A DNA stretch of 64,000 nt. Origin: an uncultured virus (IMG/VR IMGVR_UViG_3300034759_000204). Taxonomy: Duplodnaviria > Heunggongvirae > Uroviricota > Caudoviricetes. This document shows positions 12,649-24,967 of this stretch, piece after piece. The position numbers and the translations under genes were made by a program. The notes beneath the pieces were generated by a model. That model was not told where the DNA came from. It made no database searches and saw nothing but the letters and a program-made list of their open reading frames with translations. Numbering within the stretch: position 1 is the stretch's first letter; every line of letters begins with the position of its first letter. The DNA lies in the IMG/VR virus record IMGVR_UViG_3300034759_000204, one strand, 5' to 3'.

Positions 12649-14001
12649 GTGAATATTTTGATTTTAAATTTTAATCAAGAACATACAGATTTTAATGTAT
12701 ATATGGAAAGAATAAATACAAGTCAAGTTGATGAATTTGGGTTTGATATAGATACAACTTTTTCTTTTAACCAATTCAAAGAAAATCTTTATTCTTCACA
12801 ACAAAGGTTGAATGGCTATGATAAAAAACTTGATTATTTACTTGAATTAGATGAAGAAATTAAGTTGTTTGGAATACCAATACCAAAAACAGAAGAATAG
12901 TTTGATAAAGTAAGTAAATATATTAGTTTAAAAAAAACATTTGAATTTGTGTTAGAACAAATTTATGATTTTAATATTGATATAGTGTACTTTGATTTTG
13001 ATATAAACACATAGTTTAATCCTTTAGAAAGGTATTATATTTCTGTTTATGAAAAAACAGGTTTAAAACCAAATGAAATTACAGATTATAGCACTTTTGT
13101 AGATGAATTAGATAATGATATATATAAGTTCTTTTCTTAGTCAAGATAGTTTATAGATAGTATAGAATCTGTTTATAAACCATTTTATTTATTTAGAATA
13201 ACAGAATTTCCTAACTATACATTCTATTATGAAAATGTAAATTAGAATTCTTTTTATTATATAGAAAACAATGTTATTTATAGTAAAACAGTTGAAAGTA
13301 CTGTTATACAAAATAATAATATTTATTAGAATTCTAACCTAATAGGTAACGGTATATAGACTGTTAATTTTGATTAGTTTATAGAAATTAAAAATTAGTC
13401 AGATTTATTATTATTTAGTTTTAATCACACAGATTCCAGTAATTAGACTTTTTATAATTTTATTGATAATCTGTTGTTAGATAATTATAAAACATTTATT
13501 GAATCATATTCTAATATTTTTGTCAATTATATGTACTTAAATAATTTAGATATTAGTTTATATCAGTTTATAAAAAAATATTTAGAAACAACAAAACAAA
13601 AAGTATTTTTATCAGAAACACAAAGTTCAGTAATATATCCAAGTAGATATCAATAGTTAAATAATATAAATGTTGGATTTTATTATGTTAATGGATAGGA
13701 AGAAATTTGTGTATTAAAAATATTTGATTATTAGATTGTCGATAGATTTTATACTAATTTCATTATACATAACATCTTAAAACAGGCAAAAGATATATCT
13801 AATAAATATTTAATTAAAACAGTTAACCATAACCAACATTATGAAGGAAAAGCTTTGTTAGAAGAATATTTAAATGGTTTACAACAAAACGAATTAATAT
13901 TAGATTACAGAGTTAATTTAAATATTGAAGGTGAAAAAGCTGAGTTTAATGTGTATATAAAAGATAGAAATATTCCAGATTCAGTTTTTCAAATAATTTA
14001 A
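12649..14001 (+). CDS. Hypothetical protein (450 aa), possible divergent sheath paralog
   Basis: GGAG RBS and GTG start. Open to TAA 13999-14001. C-terminus (ILKQAKDISNKYL..LEEYLNGLQQNELILDYRVNL) resembles a sheath C-terminal domain. Confidence 0.5.
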
Positions 14002-14028
14002 TTTTTTAAAAAAAGGAGAGGAATTAGA

Positions 14029-14556
14029 ATGGCAATGAGTTAGAATAAAGCAGTTATAACTATTGATGGAAAGTATATAGGAACTTAGACTGATTTAACT
14101 TTTGCTTATCAAACAGATATAAGACCACAATATACTATAAACACAATAGACCCTAAAAGTTTTAGTGAAGGTATATCTATGGTATCAGGTATTATCAATT
14201 TCGCATTGATAGATACTACAATTTTATTAGAGTTAAATCCTAATGGTATCAAAAAAAGATATTCATTTGCTGACACAATAGTTAATGAATGGAATGATAG
14301 CACACCAAACCACAAGATTATTGATGATACGTTAGGTGAATTAGTGGAAATTAAAAATTTAGATGAATTACCACCTGTTGTTTTGAATATATTCAATATT
14401 GAAAAGACACCACAAGGGCCAGAAATTGCTCAAATGATATTATCAGATGTAGAATTCACAGCTTACAGACTTGTTGTTAATGTCAACGACGTTATAGCTA
14501 TGGAATCAGTAGAATTTATTGGTTTAGATTATAATTCAAAATATTTTAAAGAATAA
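14029..14556 (+). CDS. Tail tube-like virion protein 1 (175 aa)
   Basis: AGGAG RBS. RPQYTINTIDPKSFSEGISMVSGIINF..LDELPP..LSDVEF..MESVEFI pattern, downstream of the sheath. Confidence 0.6.
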
Positions 14557-14571
14557 TAAGGAGGGTTTTTC

Positions 14572-15258
14572 ATGGCTTACAGTGCAGTTCCTAAATATAA
14601 AAATTAGTTTACAAATTATGCTATGATAGCTTACGGCGATGAGTTAATGCCAACTATTATAGGTGATGTATTAAATTTTGATATTGGTTTAAGAAGAGAT
14701 AAAATGCCTATTTTCACTATTGGAAAAAATAATGGTGTGTCTATAATTAGAAAAGGGAGATTGGTTGAAGGTTCGTTTGCTAGATTTGCAGCTAACGGTA
14801 AAGAAACACAAGCTACTTTACTTAGTAATATAAATCCAACAAAATTCCCAAAAGTTTATGAATTAGTTGAACACACAGTTACTCCAGAGGAAATTATGTA
14901 GTCTGTAAGGGCAAACAGTTCTTTTCATAACGATTTTCCTGATAGTTAGGCAGTAGATAAATCACAATAGTTAATTGATGCTGGATTAGGTGATGAACTA
15001 GCATTTTTTAGTAGACCTGGTATTAGATTATCAGATTTTAACGGACTTAATATGGTTTTAGTTGGTATACCAGAATCTTCTATTGAAAATGAACCAGATA
15101 AATTTCCAGAAAAAGTTTTATTAGTAAAAATTAATGAAATTTATTTTCAAGGTACTTCTGTTAATATCACAATTGATAATCCTAATGTAATTGAGCAAGT
15201 TGCTTTTTATTAGAAGCAAATGCATGTTTATATTGAAGGGCCAGAATTCATCGTTTGA
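14572..15258 (+). CDS. Tail tube-like virion protein 2 (228 aa)
   Basis: AAGGAGG RBS. KMPIFTIG..RKGRLVEGSF and EIYFQGTSVNITIDNPNVIEQVAFY* parallel the previous gene. Ends TGA. Confidence 0.55.
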
Positions 15259-15283
15259 GCTATTAAAAAAAGTGGTGACTTTT

Positions 15284-15994
15284 ATGGATGGAGTAAAAGT
15301 TTTTGATTAGAATGAGTATGTGATTTTTATACAACACGATACTTCTTCTAACATTTTTCCTAATGTTTTTGAACCAGCATTAACTGCTATAGCTGTATCA
15401 ACAGATGTAGATGTTAAACCTGTTTATTAGCTTGGTTCGTATAATGTAAAGGGATTTAGTTTTGGTGGTATGTTAATAACAGGCGAAATCTATGCACTTT
15501 AGGATGCTACTGCCAATAAAAATTTTGATGTATTTTTAGATACTATTTCTACTTCTGTTATAAATAGAAGCTATGATTTTGTTAATCAAAAAACTTTTGA
15601 TTTTAGAATTATTTCTGCAAATATTTTTCAAAACAATGTTGAACAATCTGAAATGTTTATGCAGGTTATTAAAAATGTCAGAGTGTTCAATAGAACAGAA
15701 AGCAAAAATGCTAATGATAATGTCAAAGTTTTAAAATATAGTTTTGTATAGGAAAAACAGTATAGACAAAAATTAGAGTATAATGATGAAACATTGAATT
15801 TAGATACTATGATTAATTTAGATGAAAATGAAGATTACATGAGTATATTAAATAGTCTAAAAACTCAATATCCTGATCTTGATATAGAAAGTATACAAGA
15901 TATTATGAGAGAAATTTTTCCTGTACACACAAAAATGTCTACCGTACTTCAAAAAAATAAAGATGTGTTAGATATTGTTAATAAAATCAATTGA
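15284..15994 (+). CDS. Tail tube-like virion protein 3 (236 aa)
   Basis: KPVY*LGSYNVKGFSFGGMLITGEI motif is shared with neighbouring genes. Ends TGA 15992-15994. Confidence 0.55.
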
Positions 15995-16012
15995 GAAAGT
16001 TGTTGATCAATT

Positions 16013-17362
16013 TTGGTAATTAATTCAAATGATATTGTTGTTTTTATAACAAACAAGTATAAACTCACATTTTATTTAGATCAATTATCTTTTTTACAGT
16101 TAAATATAAACAACAATGCAACTCCTATTTATTCATAGTTTTATAAGGATATACAAGGAGTTGCTCTTTCTCATTTTATTGTTTCTGGTGCTTTAGGTTT
16201 TAACTAGGTTGGATTCAATGCATTAAAAAAGTTGCAAAATCAAATAAATGAATATGTTGACTCATCTGTTATCAAAACTGAAGATTAGAAAAATAAATTA
16301 ATATTTCCTAAAATGACTATAAAAAACAAACTTTAGGTTTTGAATAATCAAAGAGACGATATAATATTGACAAATGTTGTATTTTTTTCTAACCAAAATA
16401 CAACAACTATTGATGGTACACCTTCACAAGAAGTTTATCAATACTATTAGGAAGATATAAAATTTGATAATACTGGATATAGTATTGGTGGACTTCAAAC
16501 TTTGAACCAACTTGGTGTATTATCTTAGAATACAATTTTAGATACTTTTGATGATCATAAATTAAGTCATTAGTTAAAAGTTGATATAGTAGAAGTAATA
16601 GATGGTGATACATTAAAAGTATAGATAAAAAATGGGCAAAATAATTATCTTTATAGCCTTATTGAACCTTATTTAACTAACAATCAATTAGATGTAAGAT
16701 TATAGAATATAGACTAGCCAGAAACAGGGGCAACTGGTGATAAATATGTTTCTGATGCTGGGTAGACTAGTAAACAGTTTATGCTGAACAATATTGGACA
16801 ATACCAAAATTATTATATATACTTAAATTCAAATAAATTAGAAACATCATATGATGATAGAGTTACGCTTGATTTAGTTGCAACTAATGGCACTAATAAT
16901 ACATCTATCTAGGCATTAATGGTTGAATACGGTATGGCAGATATATCTTTCTATGATAAATGGAGCACAGATGATTTTAATATAATGAATGAATTGAATA
17001 AATTAAAATCTAAATAGTTAATTAATAATATAGGATTGTACCAACATAAAAACAGTCAACCAGTTTCAATAAATGAATTAGTAAATTATAAAGGGCAATA
17101 TCGTGTTGTACAATATAATAAAAATAAGCAATTAAACTCTTCTAATTTAAAATTTTCAGCATATAAACAATTTGATTTATATAATATATCAGATACCTTT
17201 AAATTAGCTATACCTACTTAGATAAAAAAAAGTTTTAATGATTTATTTAAAAAATTGTATAATAAAATGATTAATTCAGAATATGTGTTTGGAGAAATAT
17301 ATTTTAATCAAACAGAAGGTTTTTATTATATTATTTTGAACAATGAGAGCCAGCTATTTTAA
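16013..17362 (+). CDS. Tube-like domain fused to staphylococcal-nuclease (thermonuclease)-like domain (~449 aa; start uncertain)
   Basis: N-terminal half: TPIYS..IVSGALGFN..DGTPSQEVYQYY*EDI. C-terminal half: IVEVIDGDTLKV, VRL*NID*PE, LMVEYGMA and IGLY. Ends TAA 17360-17362. Confidence 0.65.
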
Positions 17363-17377
17363 GGAAGGTTAAAAAAA

Positions 17378-17818
17378 TTGATTGAATATACCAACTTTGA
17401 ACATCTAAATATTTATTTATCTAATGGAAAAGGTAATTATGTACAATTAAATTTATAGTCTTTTTTACAATTAAACTTTATTGAGACTATACAACCATAT
17501 TTTGGATTTATAGATTAGTCTGTACAGGGATTCCTTCAAGGAAAACATTTTTATCCAGGGAAGATATAGTTTAATTAGCAAAATATGCACCCATTGATGT
17601 ATTATCATTATAATGAAGGAAGAGAATCTGGTGTGACTATATTGTATGATAATTATGTTATACAATCGCCATTTATGGAAGTTATAGATCAAAAAAAGTT
17701 AAGTAAAACAGTTTTAGAAAATGTATTTTTTATAGGTTATTAGTTGGAAACTACACCAGATGGATAGCCTGTGCAAATAGCACATAATCTGTATTTTATG
17801 GATTATAAGAATTTTTAA
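17378..17818 (+). CDS. Tail tube-like virion protein 5 (146 aa)
   Basis: AAGGAAGG RBS and TTG start. QPYFGF..QGKHFYPGKI*FN..VLENVFFIG..PDG*PVQ pattern matches the paralogs. Confidence 0.5.
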
Positions 17819-17834
17819 TAAGGAGCTGATTTAA

Positions 17835-18239
17835 ATGGCAGAAAAAGAAGTTAAAGAAAAAGAAGAAGTAAAAGAAGGAAATGAATTATTAAAAGAATTA
17901 GTAGATTATTATGGTGAAGAAGTTAAAGATGTATATATGAAATATAAAGACAAAGATATATATGTATATATTTTTAATGATGATTCTTTATATCTTTTTT
18001 TACCAATGAAGAATAAAGAATATAGAGAAATACAAAAAAAGGCATATGAAACTGCATTAACAGAAAATATGTCAAAAGAAGAAATTGAAAAAGATCTTAT
18101 AGTACAAAAATTCACTATATATCCAGAACTTAATGCTGAAGCCTTAGAAGATATGCCAGCGGGTAAATTTGAAACTTTATACGACTTAATAATGAAAGCT
18201 TCACATTTTAATACACAAAACCCTGTGCTAGCTCTTTAA
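17835..18239 (+). CDS. Tail assembly chaperone (134 aa)
   Basis: AAGGAG RBS. YLFLPMKNKEY..IVQKFTIYP..MPAGKFETLYDLIMKASHF resembles myovirus tail chaperones. No TAG. Confidence 0.6.
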   Translation: MAEKEVKEKEEVKEGNELLKELVDYYGEEVKDVYMKYKDKDIYVYIFNDDSLYLFLPMKNKEYREIQKKAYETALTENMSKEEIEKDLIVQKFTIYPELNAEALEDMPAGKFETLYDLIMKASHFNTQNPVLAL

Positions 18240-18272
18240 TAACTTTTTCAAAAGAATGGTGGAGAATAATTT

Positions 18273-18878
18273 ATGGATGTTGAAAAACTTAAATTAGCTA
18301 CTTAGTTGTAGGAATATAAAAAACAATATAAATATATATATACAAAAATTGTTAATGATGAAATTTTTGTTTTTAAACATCCTAAAATTTAGGATATTGA
18401 ATCTTTTGAAGCAATTATAAATTCTATTCAAATGACAGAAGAAGAACTGTATGTGTTTTTATAGTATAACTGTTTATTGGAACCTAAAATAGAATATGAA
18501 GAACTAGTTTATTTAGATTATTAGAAGACAGTTTTTTTAGAAGTTGGAGAAACTATATTTAATAGTTTTAATTATGAATATGAAGAATTAGATAAATACC
18601 TAACAGAAATGGGCAATAAACATAACAATTCATCTATTTATTTATATGTTTTAGAGTTAGTTAGAAATCAAGGTTATGATCACGATAAATTAATGGATAA
18701 AACTGTTGATGAGATTTCTGAATATTGGTAGTTGTATAAATAGTTAATTGAGCAATCTAAAAACGTAAATACTTCAGAAAGAAAAAAAGAAGAATAGCAG
18801 GAAGATTTTTATAAATACAAGCAAGAATTTGAACAGAATAAGGAAGAATTTTTGAAAAAATTAAGAAATGAATAGTAA
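18273..18878 (+). CDS. Second tail chaperone-like protein (201 aa)
   Basis: GGTGGAG RBS. YKKQYKYIY..EIFVFKHP..CLLEP is paralogous to the previous gene. Ends TAG-TAA, then a terminator. Confidence 0.55.
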
Positions 18879-18894
18879 TTTATATAGAAACCAC

Positions 18895-18932
18895 AGAGTT
18901 CTCAATTTTTATTTATTGAGAACTCTTTTTTT
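18895..18932 (+). terminator. Rho-independent terminator
   Basis: AGAGTTCTCAAT ... ATTGAGAACTCT 12-bp inverted repeat plus T-run. Confidence 0.8.
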
Positions 18933-19227
18933 ATTTTAAAAGTTCTAGTCAAGAAAATTATATAACACAGTAAAATAACCTCTTTATATAAGGCTCTCAG
19001 AGCTTTTCTTAAATTCACTTATGTATAATTTAATTCAAACGCCGAAAACAAATCAATACAGAGCGTTTTACAAAGAAGTTGAAATATAGTAATGATGGTG
19101 TTTTTAGAGATTTTCTATATTTAACTAAAAAACTATAGTTTTAGAGTTTTTTAACTAACCTTAGTTGCTGAAAATATTCTTTTCATACAATTTGTTAATT
19201 TTTTTTAGATAGTGGAGGTGTATTTCT

Positions 19228-22200
19228 ATGTTGAGGTACTATGATAATCAAGGACGTCCATTAACTACTGAAGAATATAATCAATTAGCTTTGAAATATT
19301 AGAATCAAATAGATGAACAGTTTAGAGAAGAAAATAATCCATCAAAGAAAAAGAATGGATTATTTGCTACTTTGTAGTTAACCACTATCGGTTTGTTTGC
19401 ATAGAATACAGTATAGTAGCCATTTCTTAAAAGAATAGATTTTGGTATTGGCAAGTTTGTTTAGAATAAAATGCCTGTAAATGATCAACTTTAGAAAAGG
19501 TTAGGTACTGTTGGAGAAAATATAACTACTTCACGTAATAATCTATTTTTAAATTCTATAATTGATACAACTGATATTTCTTTAACTAACAGAATTTCAC
19601 ATGCCCTGTTTGATAATAAACAGTTCACTCAATATATATAGAAATATGTTTATCAAACTGCTGGTAATTATATAGCATACAATACAGTTTAGTCTGTTAC
19701 TGGGCAAGAACGTGAAAGTAATATATTTAAATTCATGTTATTTGAAAATAATTTAATGCTATAGGGTAAATTTGGAAAAAGGGCGTTATTAAAAACTGAT
19801 TTTGGTAAAAATATTAATGATTATATAATAAATGCAAATCGAAATGTACAAGTAAATATAAATTAGTTATCTAAAACTTTAGCTGATGCCTATGAAAAAG
19901 AAATTGCTGGTAAAGCTTAGTTTAATCCTAAAAATATTAGAAATTTATCTAACGCATTAAGCAATTATTATAACTATATAAAAGAAAATTTTAAACCAAT
20001 AAAGGATATCCAAAGAAAAAGTTTAGAAGCATATATCTGGAGCGATGTAATAAATATTGCTCAAGCTAATAATATTCTTAAAGTTTAGCCTAAAACTCCA
20101 ACTTCAAAAGAAAAGGAACTTATAGATTCTACATATGAATCATTACAAGGGTTAGTAAAAGAAAGGTCAACACCAGAAGGTATTAGTTTAAGAGAAGTAA
20201 TTGATAATCTTGAGACTTTTAAAATAAACGATAATTTAAAGTCTACAATTAAAAGTTTAGAAAATATAGACAAGTATATAAAAAATGTTGTTGGAAATAA
20301 AACAGATATATTGGATGCCCCAATATTTAATTTTTTAACTAAAACTTCTTCTGGTAAATTAGTATATAAATCTAAAAGTACAGGGGAATAGCTTTTTAAT
20401 TTAAATGAATTTTAGACTAATTTCAAAATTCCATTTTTAGATTTCAATCCAGTACAATTATTTCAAACAAGAACTCCTTTAGGTTTGTATACAAGATCTT
20501 TAGTACAAGAATTAGACCCAAAAACATATTTAGGGCAAAGTAACATTAAACTACAAAGTATAAAAGAAATACTCAACGATGATAATATAAAACAAAATAT
20601 AAAATCATTAATTAATGCTGATGAATAGTCTACACCTTTACAAAACCAATTTTTTAAATTCTAGATTCCATTAAGAAACAGAAAATATTTATCTGAAGAT
20701 TTTGAAGTAACTTTAGACTTTTTAGAAAATAATAGGTTATATGAATTCAAAGATTTTGATACTTTAATAAAAGATGTTAGTGCTGCATATAAACCAATAG
20801 ATGAAAACAATGTACTAAAAGATATTATATATAATGCAAAAACTAAAGAGTTTGAACATATTTTTAATTTCAGTTAGTATGCTACAAGAACTGGGGAAAT
20901 AAAAACATTTTTTGAAACAGAACTTATGCCAGATAATCCGTTAGAACCAATATCAAAAAATATTACTAATAATGTTGACTATAATAATGAAATATATAGT
21001 ATTGGATTAACTATTAATGACAGTTATTATTATGCACTTAATACAACAGATCTTGGTTCTTCATTATTAAAAACTCTGTCATTAGAACAAAAAAGTTATA
21101 GATTGGAAAACAAAGAAACAGAAAGTAAAATTTGGAAATTTATAAAAGAACATGATTTACTTTTCAATCAATCTTATTCATTTAGCAAACCTATTCATAC
21201 TGAATGGCTAGAATCAATTAAAATGTTTGGTTCTACTAATAGGCTATACAACAAAGGTTTACAACGTTTTAAAGAAACAGGATCATTAAAACCTGTTGCA
21301 AAATTAATGGAATTATATAACATAAATGCATCAAATCTTATTAGTCCTTCTTTGCTTAAAAATTTTGATATTTCTATTGATAAAAGTAATATAAATTCTT
21401 ATGTTCGTGAATATATGTCTTCATTCCAATATTTTGAAGATTTAGGTATAAAACTTAATAAATTAAAAACTATATTTGCTGTTAATAAGAAAAATATAGA
21501 ATTTTTCCAAAATATATTACCAACTCCATTTGAGAAAAAACAATATTATTTTATTAAACATAAAATAAATTCAAAATAGTATATTGATTATAACTTATTA
21601 ACCACCAAAGTTACCGCCATTGGACAAACTATGGAAGAGTTAATGGATAAGACAATAACTCTTTAGAAAATAATAGATATGGAAGAAGCTGATTTTAAAG
21701 AATAGTTATCCAAATTGGCTACCGAAAGTGAAAAGTCTTTTGGCATTTTTGCCGAAATGATAAGACATTTGAACCGTTCACTTGAATCAGTAAATGTTGG
21801 GCCAACTCCATATTAGGTATTAGAAGAAGCTTTTTATAACATACAATTTGATAGAACTTATAATTTAGATGAATTTAATTTATTAAGAAATCAAATATCA
21901 AATCAACTAAGATATCAACCTGGTATAAAAAAGAGAATATTAGAAAAAGCTAGAGAAGAAGAATACAATCTTAAAACTGGTATGGGAACAGTTTCAAATG
22001 TAATACTTAGATCTTCAAATGCTGTGTAGGGAAGTAGTAATGGGATAAGTAACAAATACAATGTACCTACTATACAACGTTTATTTACTCATTATTTTGT
22101 TGATAGGCCAACACAATTACTGGAAGAATTAGGTTTGGGGAGACCTAACCCTAATCCAAAAAAATAGCCTTCTACATGGCCTAAAATATTTCAAAATGCA

Positions 22201-24951
22201 TGGAATTATACTTTTGGTGCAAGTAATGATAACGCTTATGGGTAGATAGCTGGTGTAATGTTCAAACGTGTATTGCCAGTATACGCTGGATATCAAGCTT
22301 TTAAATAGATAGATTAGTAGTTAACTACTAAAACTGGAGAAGAAACACCTATTTATGTTCCTTCAAAACTTTTAGCCGAAACATATACATCTTTTGTTTA
22401 GGGATTACTAAAATTTGGTGATATATTACAAGTTGATAAAATAATAGATTTTATAGATTTTAGATTTCCTAACATATTACCATTATCTCTATCTATGTTA
22501 TAGTAGAAAGATTATGGTGCTTCTGAAATATTTATGTTTGGTGCATTTAGTACTTTACTTTCTAAATACAAAGATCCTGAACAATATGCATTAGAAGTTA
22601 CTGGAAATAAAAATGTACCTATAAGACAAAGTAGATTTTGGGAGTTTGGTAGGACTCCATATTTAGGTGGAGAAATAAAATATTTTAGACCACATTTATA
22701 GCATATTGTCGGTTCGCAATGGGAATACACAGATGTATTATGGGGTAGTAGTTAGGAATATCTTAAACATGGTAATATATATGGACAAATATTAACTTTA
22801 AATCCATTTAAGAAAAATTACCTTGCTGAAAAACATATTATAGATAGACCTTATCCAGATACAAATCTAGGACTTTATTCAAACGTACCTGTTTTAGGCA
22901 ACTATATAGCTGGTTAGCAACAATTTGTTACTAAATAGGATATACATCCTTATTTTGTTGATAATAATGAATTTAATAATATATATAAAACAATAAACAG
23001 AAGTAGTTTAGCTAAACCTTTTAATAATTAGATAAATCAAATACAAGATTATCTTGGATTTACTGGTTTTATGTCAAAGTTCACAAACCCATTTGCTTCA
23101 AATGAGTTAAAAGGTCCAGAATTAGCTTCACCAAGTCTTATGTATGGCAACCGTTTATATTATCAAATGGAGTTAGGAGGTTTACTAGGTTACACTGAAT
23201 TCTTTAGAAGAATTGTAAATAATAATGAAAGTATTTATGGGAACCAATATTATAATCCTATACCAAACCTTTTATTTCAATCATAGTACAACTGGTTACC
23301 TGAAAACTATTATCTGGATTTTTATCATGGAGACGTTTACTCTAAAATACCGTATGGTGAAATAAGATTTCCTGGTGCTGGATATGAATAGACACATAAA
23401 ACAACTGGTATGTATAATGAATTAGAACAATTTGAAATTATAGCCAATGTAGCTCCATACAGTGCTAATGTAACTCGCACATACAATAAATATAAAAAAC
23501 ATGATGAACAATTACCTTATTATGAAAGATACAGAATTTATAGATAGTATAATGAGGCTGATCAAGTAAGACATTCAATGATAACAAATGAATATCCATT
23601 TTCCAGTATAACTAACAAAGCTAGTTTCAATGTGGAAAGAATAGATGAAAATGGTTTAATATATGTAAACGAAGAAAATGTACCAGTAAGATTATAGGGT
23701 GTAGATTTAAACATTGATTAGATTGCTTAGAGAATATTTGAGACAGAAAATGTATAGAGTATTCAAGAAGCATATAGTGAAGCACAAAAACGTAGAGATG
23801 AAATAATAAATAGTATAGGCAAAAAAATTTCAGGTGAAGTATGGGCTGACGAAAATTAGAGATATGAAATTGACGAACAAGGTAATGTAAATTTAGTGTT
23901 AATGAACCAACAAATTGCCAAAATTGCCAAGAAAAACAATATGCCATATGATGAAAATGATAGATAGGATGTTAGATAGAGATATAAAATTGATATTCCG
24001 TTTATTTCTACATTACAGCTTGCTTCTGAACAATTTACGCACAATTTTGGATTCTTATTTGAAAAGTTTGGTGGGCCTGCAAGTTAGTTAGAACAATATC
24101 AAAGATACGAAGTATATGGAACTAGAAGTTAGAACTGGAGTAATCCTGTTAATGACTTTTTAAAACATTCATTCTTTAACACAATAAACCTTCCACCATT
24201 AGAAACTTTTACACATTCTATAGGTATGGGATATTTGTTTGGGAATAATTTACAAACTAAAATGTTAGCTTCTGTATTTAATTTAGGAGCAACTTTGCCA
24301 TTTTAGTTTTCACCAAACAATATAATACCTCAATCTACTAAAGAAAGATACGAATTAGAAGAAAAATATATGTTATAGAAATAGGCAAGAGGTGAAAGAT
24401 CGTTATATGGATATTCAGCATTATAGTCTGATACGCCAAAAGAACTTATAAGTTTATTACCAAAAAATGAAAGAGATTATATACAGTATTTCGTTAATGC
24501 CCCAGAAAATACTCTTAATCAAGCAAGAAAAGTTTAGCCATCATATACAAATTTTGTGTTAGATTAGATAGAAAGATATAAGCAAGCACAAATAGCTGGA
24601 GAATATACACAACAATTAATTACCTCAAGAGATCAAAGAGAATATTTAGAAGAACAGTATAATGGTGAGTACTATTTAGAAAGTGAATATTTAAATCCTT
24701 ATGTTGATTTAGATAAAATGTATGCTTTAGAAGTATATAGCGAGTTTGATGATACTAGGAAGTTTAGTTAGTATACAGATGATCTGTATAAGTAGTATCA
24801 ATCTATATTAAAAACAGAGTTTAACAATAATCAAATAACAAGTAGTTTCAGAGGTATAGGTACAACAATAGCAAGTATGAGAAATTATACTAATTCTAAT
24901 ATCAATATGTATGTAAAAATGAATCAGCAAAACGGTACATACGCTTATTAA
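19228..24951 (+). CDS. Giant virion protein, tape-measure position (~1907 aa)
   Basis: GGAGGTG RBS. Single frame (includes track ORFs 20926 and 23071) to TAA 24949-24951. Follows the tail chaperones. Motifs VPIRQSRFWEFGRTPYLGGEIKYFRP, HIIDRPYP and KIPYGEIRFPGAGYE recall large-myovirus tail proteins. Confidence 0.6.
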
Positions 24952-24967
24952 AAGGTGTGATTAATTC

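Noticed and set aside
15992..16015. TGA read-through fusing 15284..15994 with 16013..17362 (same frame)
   Set aside because: Two TGAs would need suppression. Elsewhere TGA behaves as a true stop beside RBSs or terminators, and Trp is encoded by TGG.
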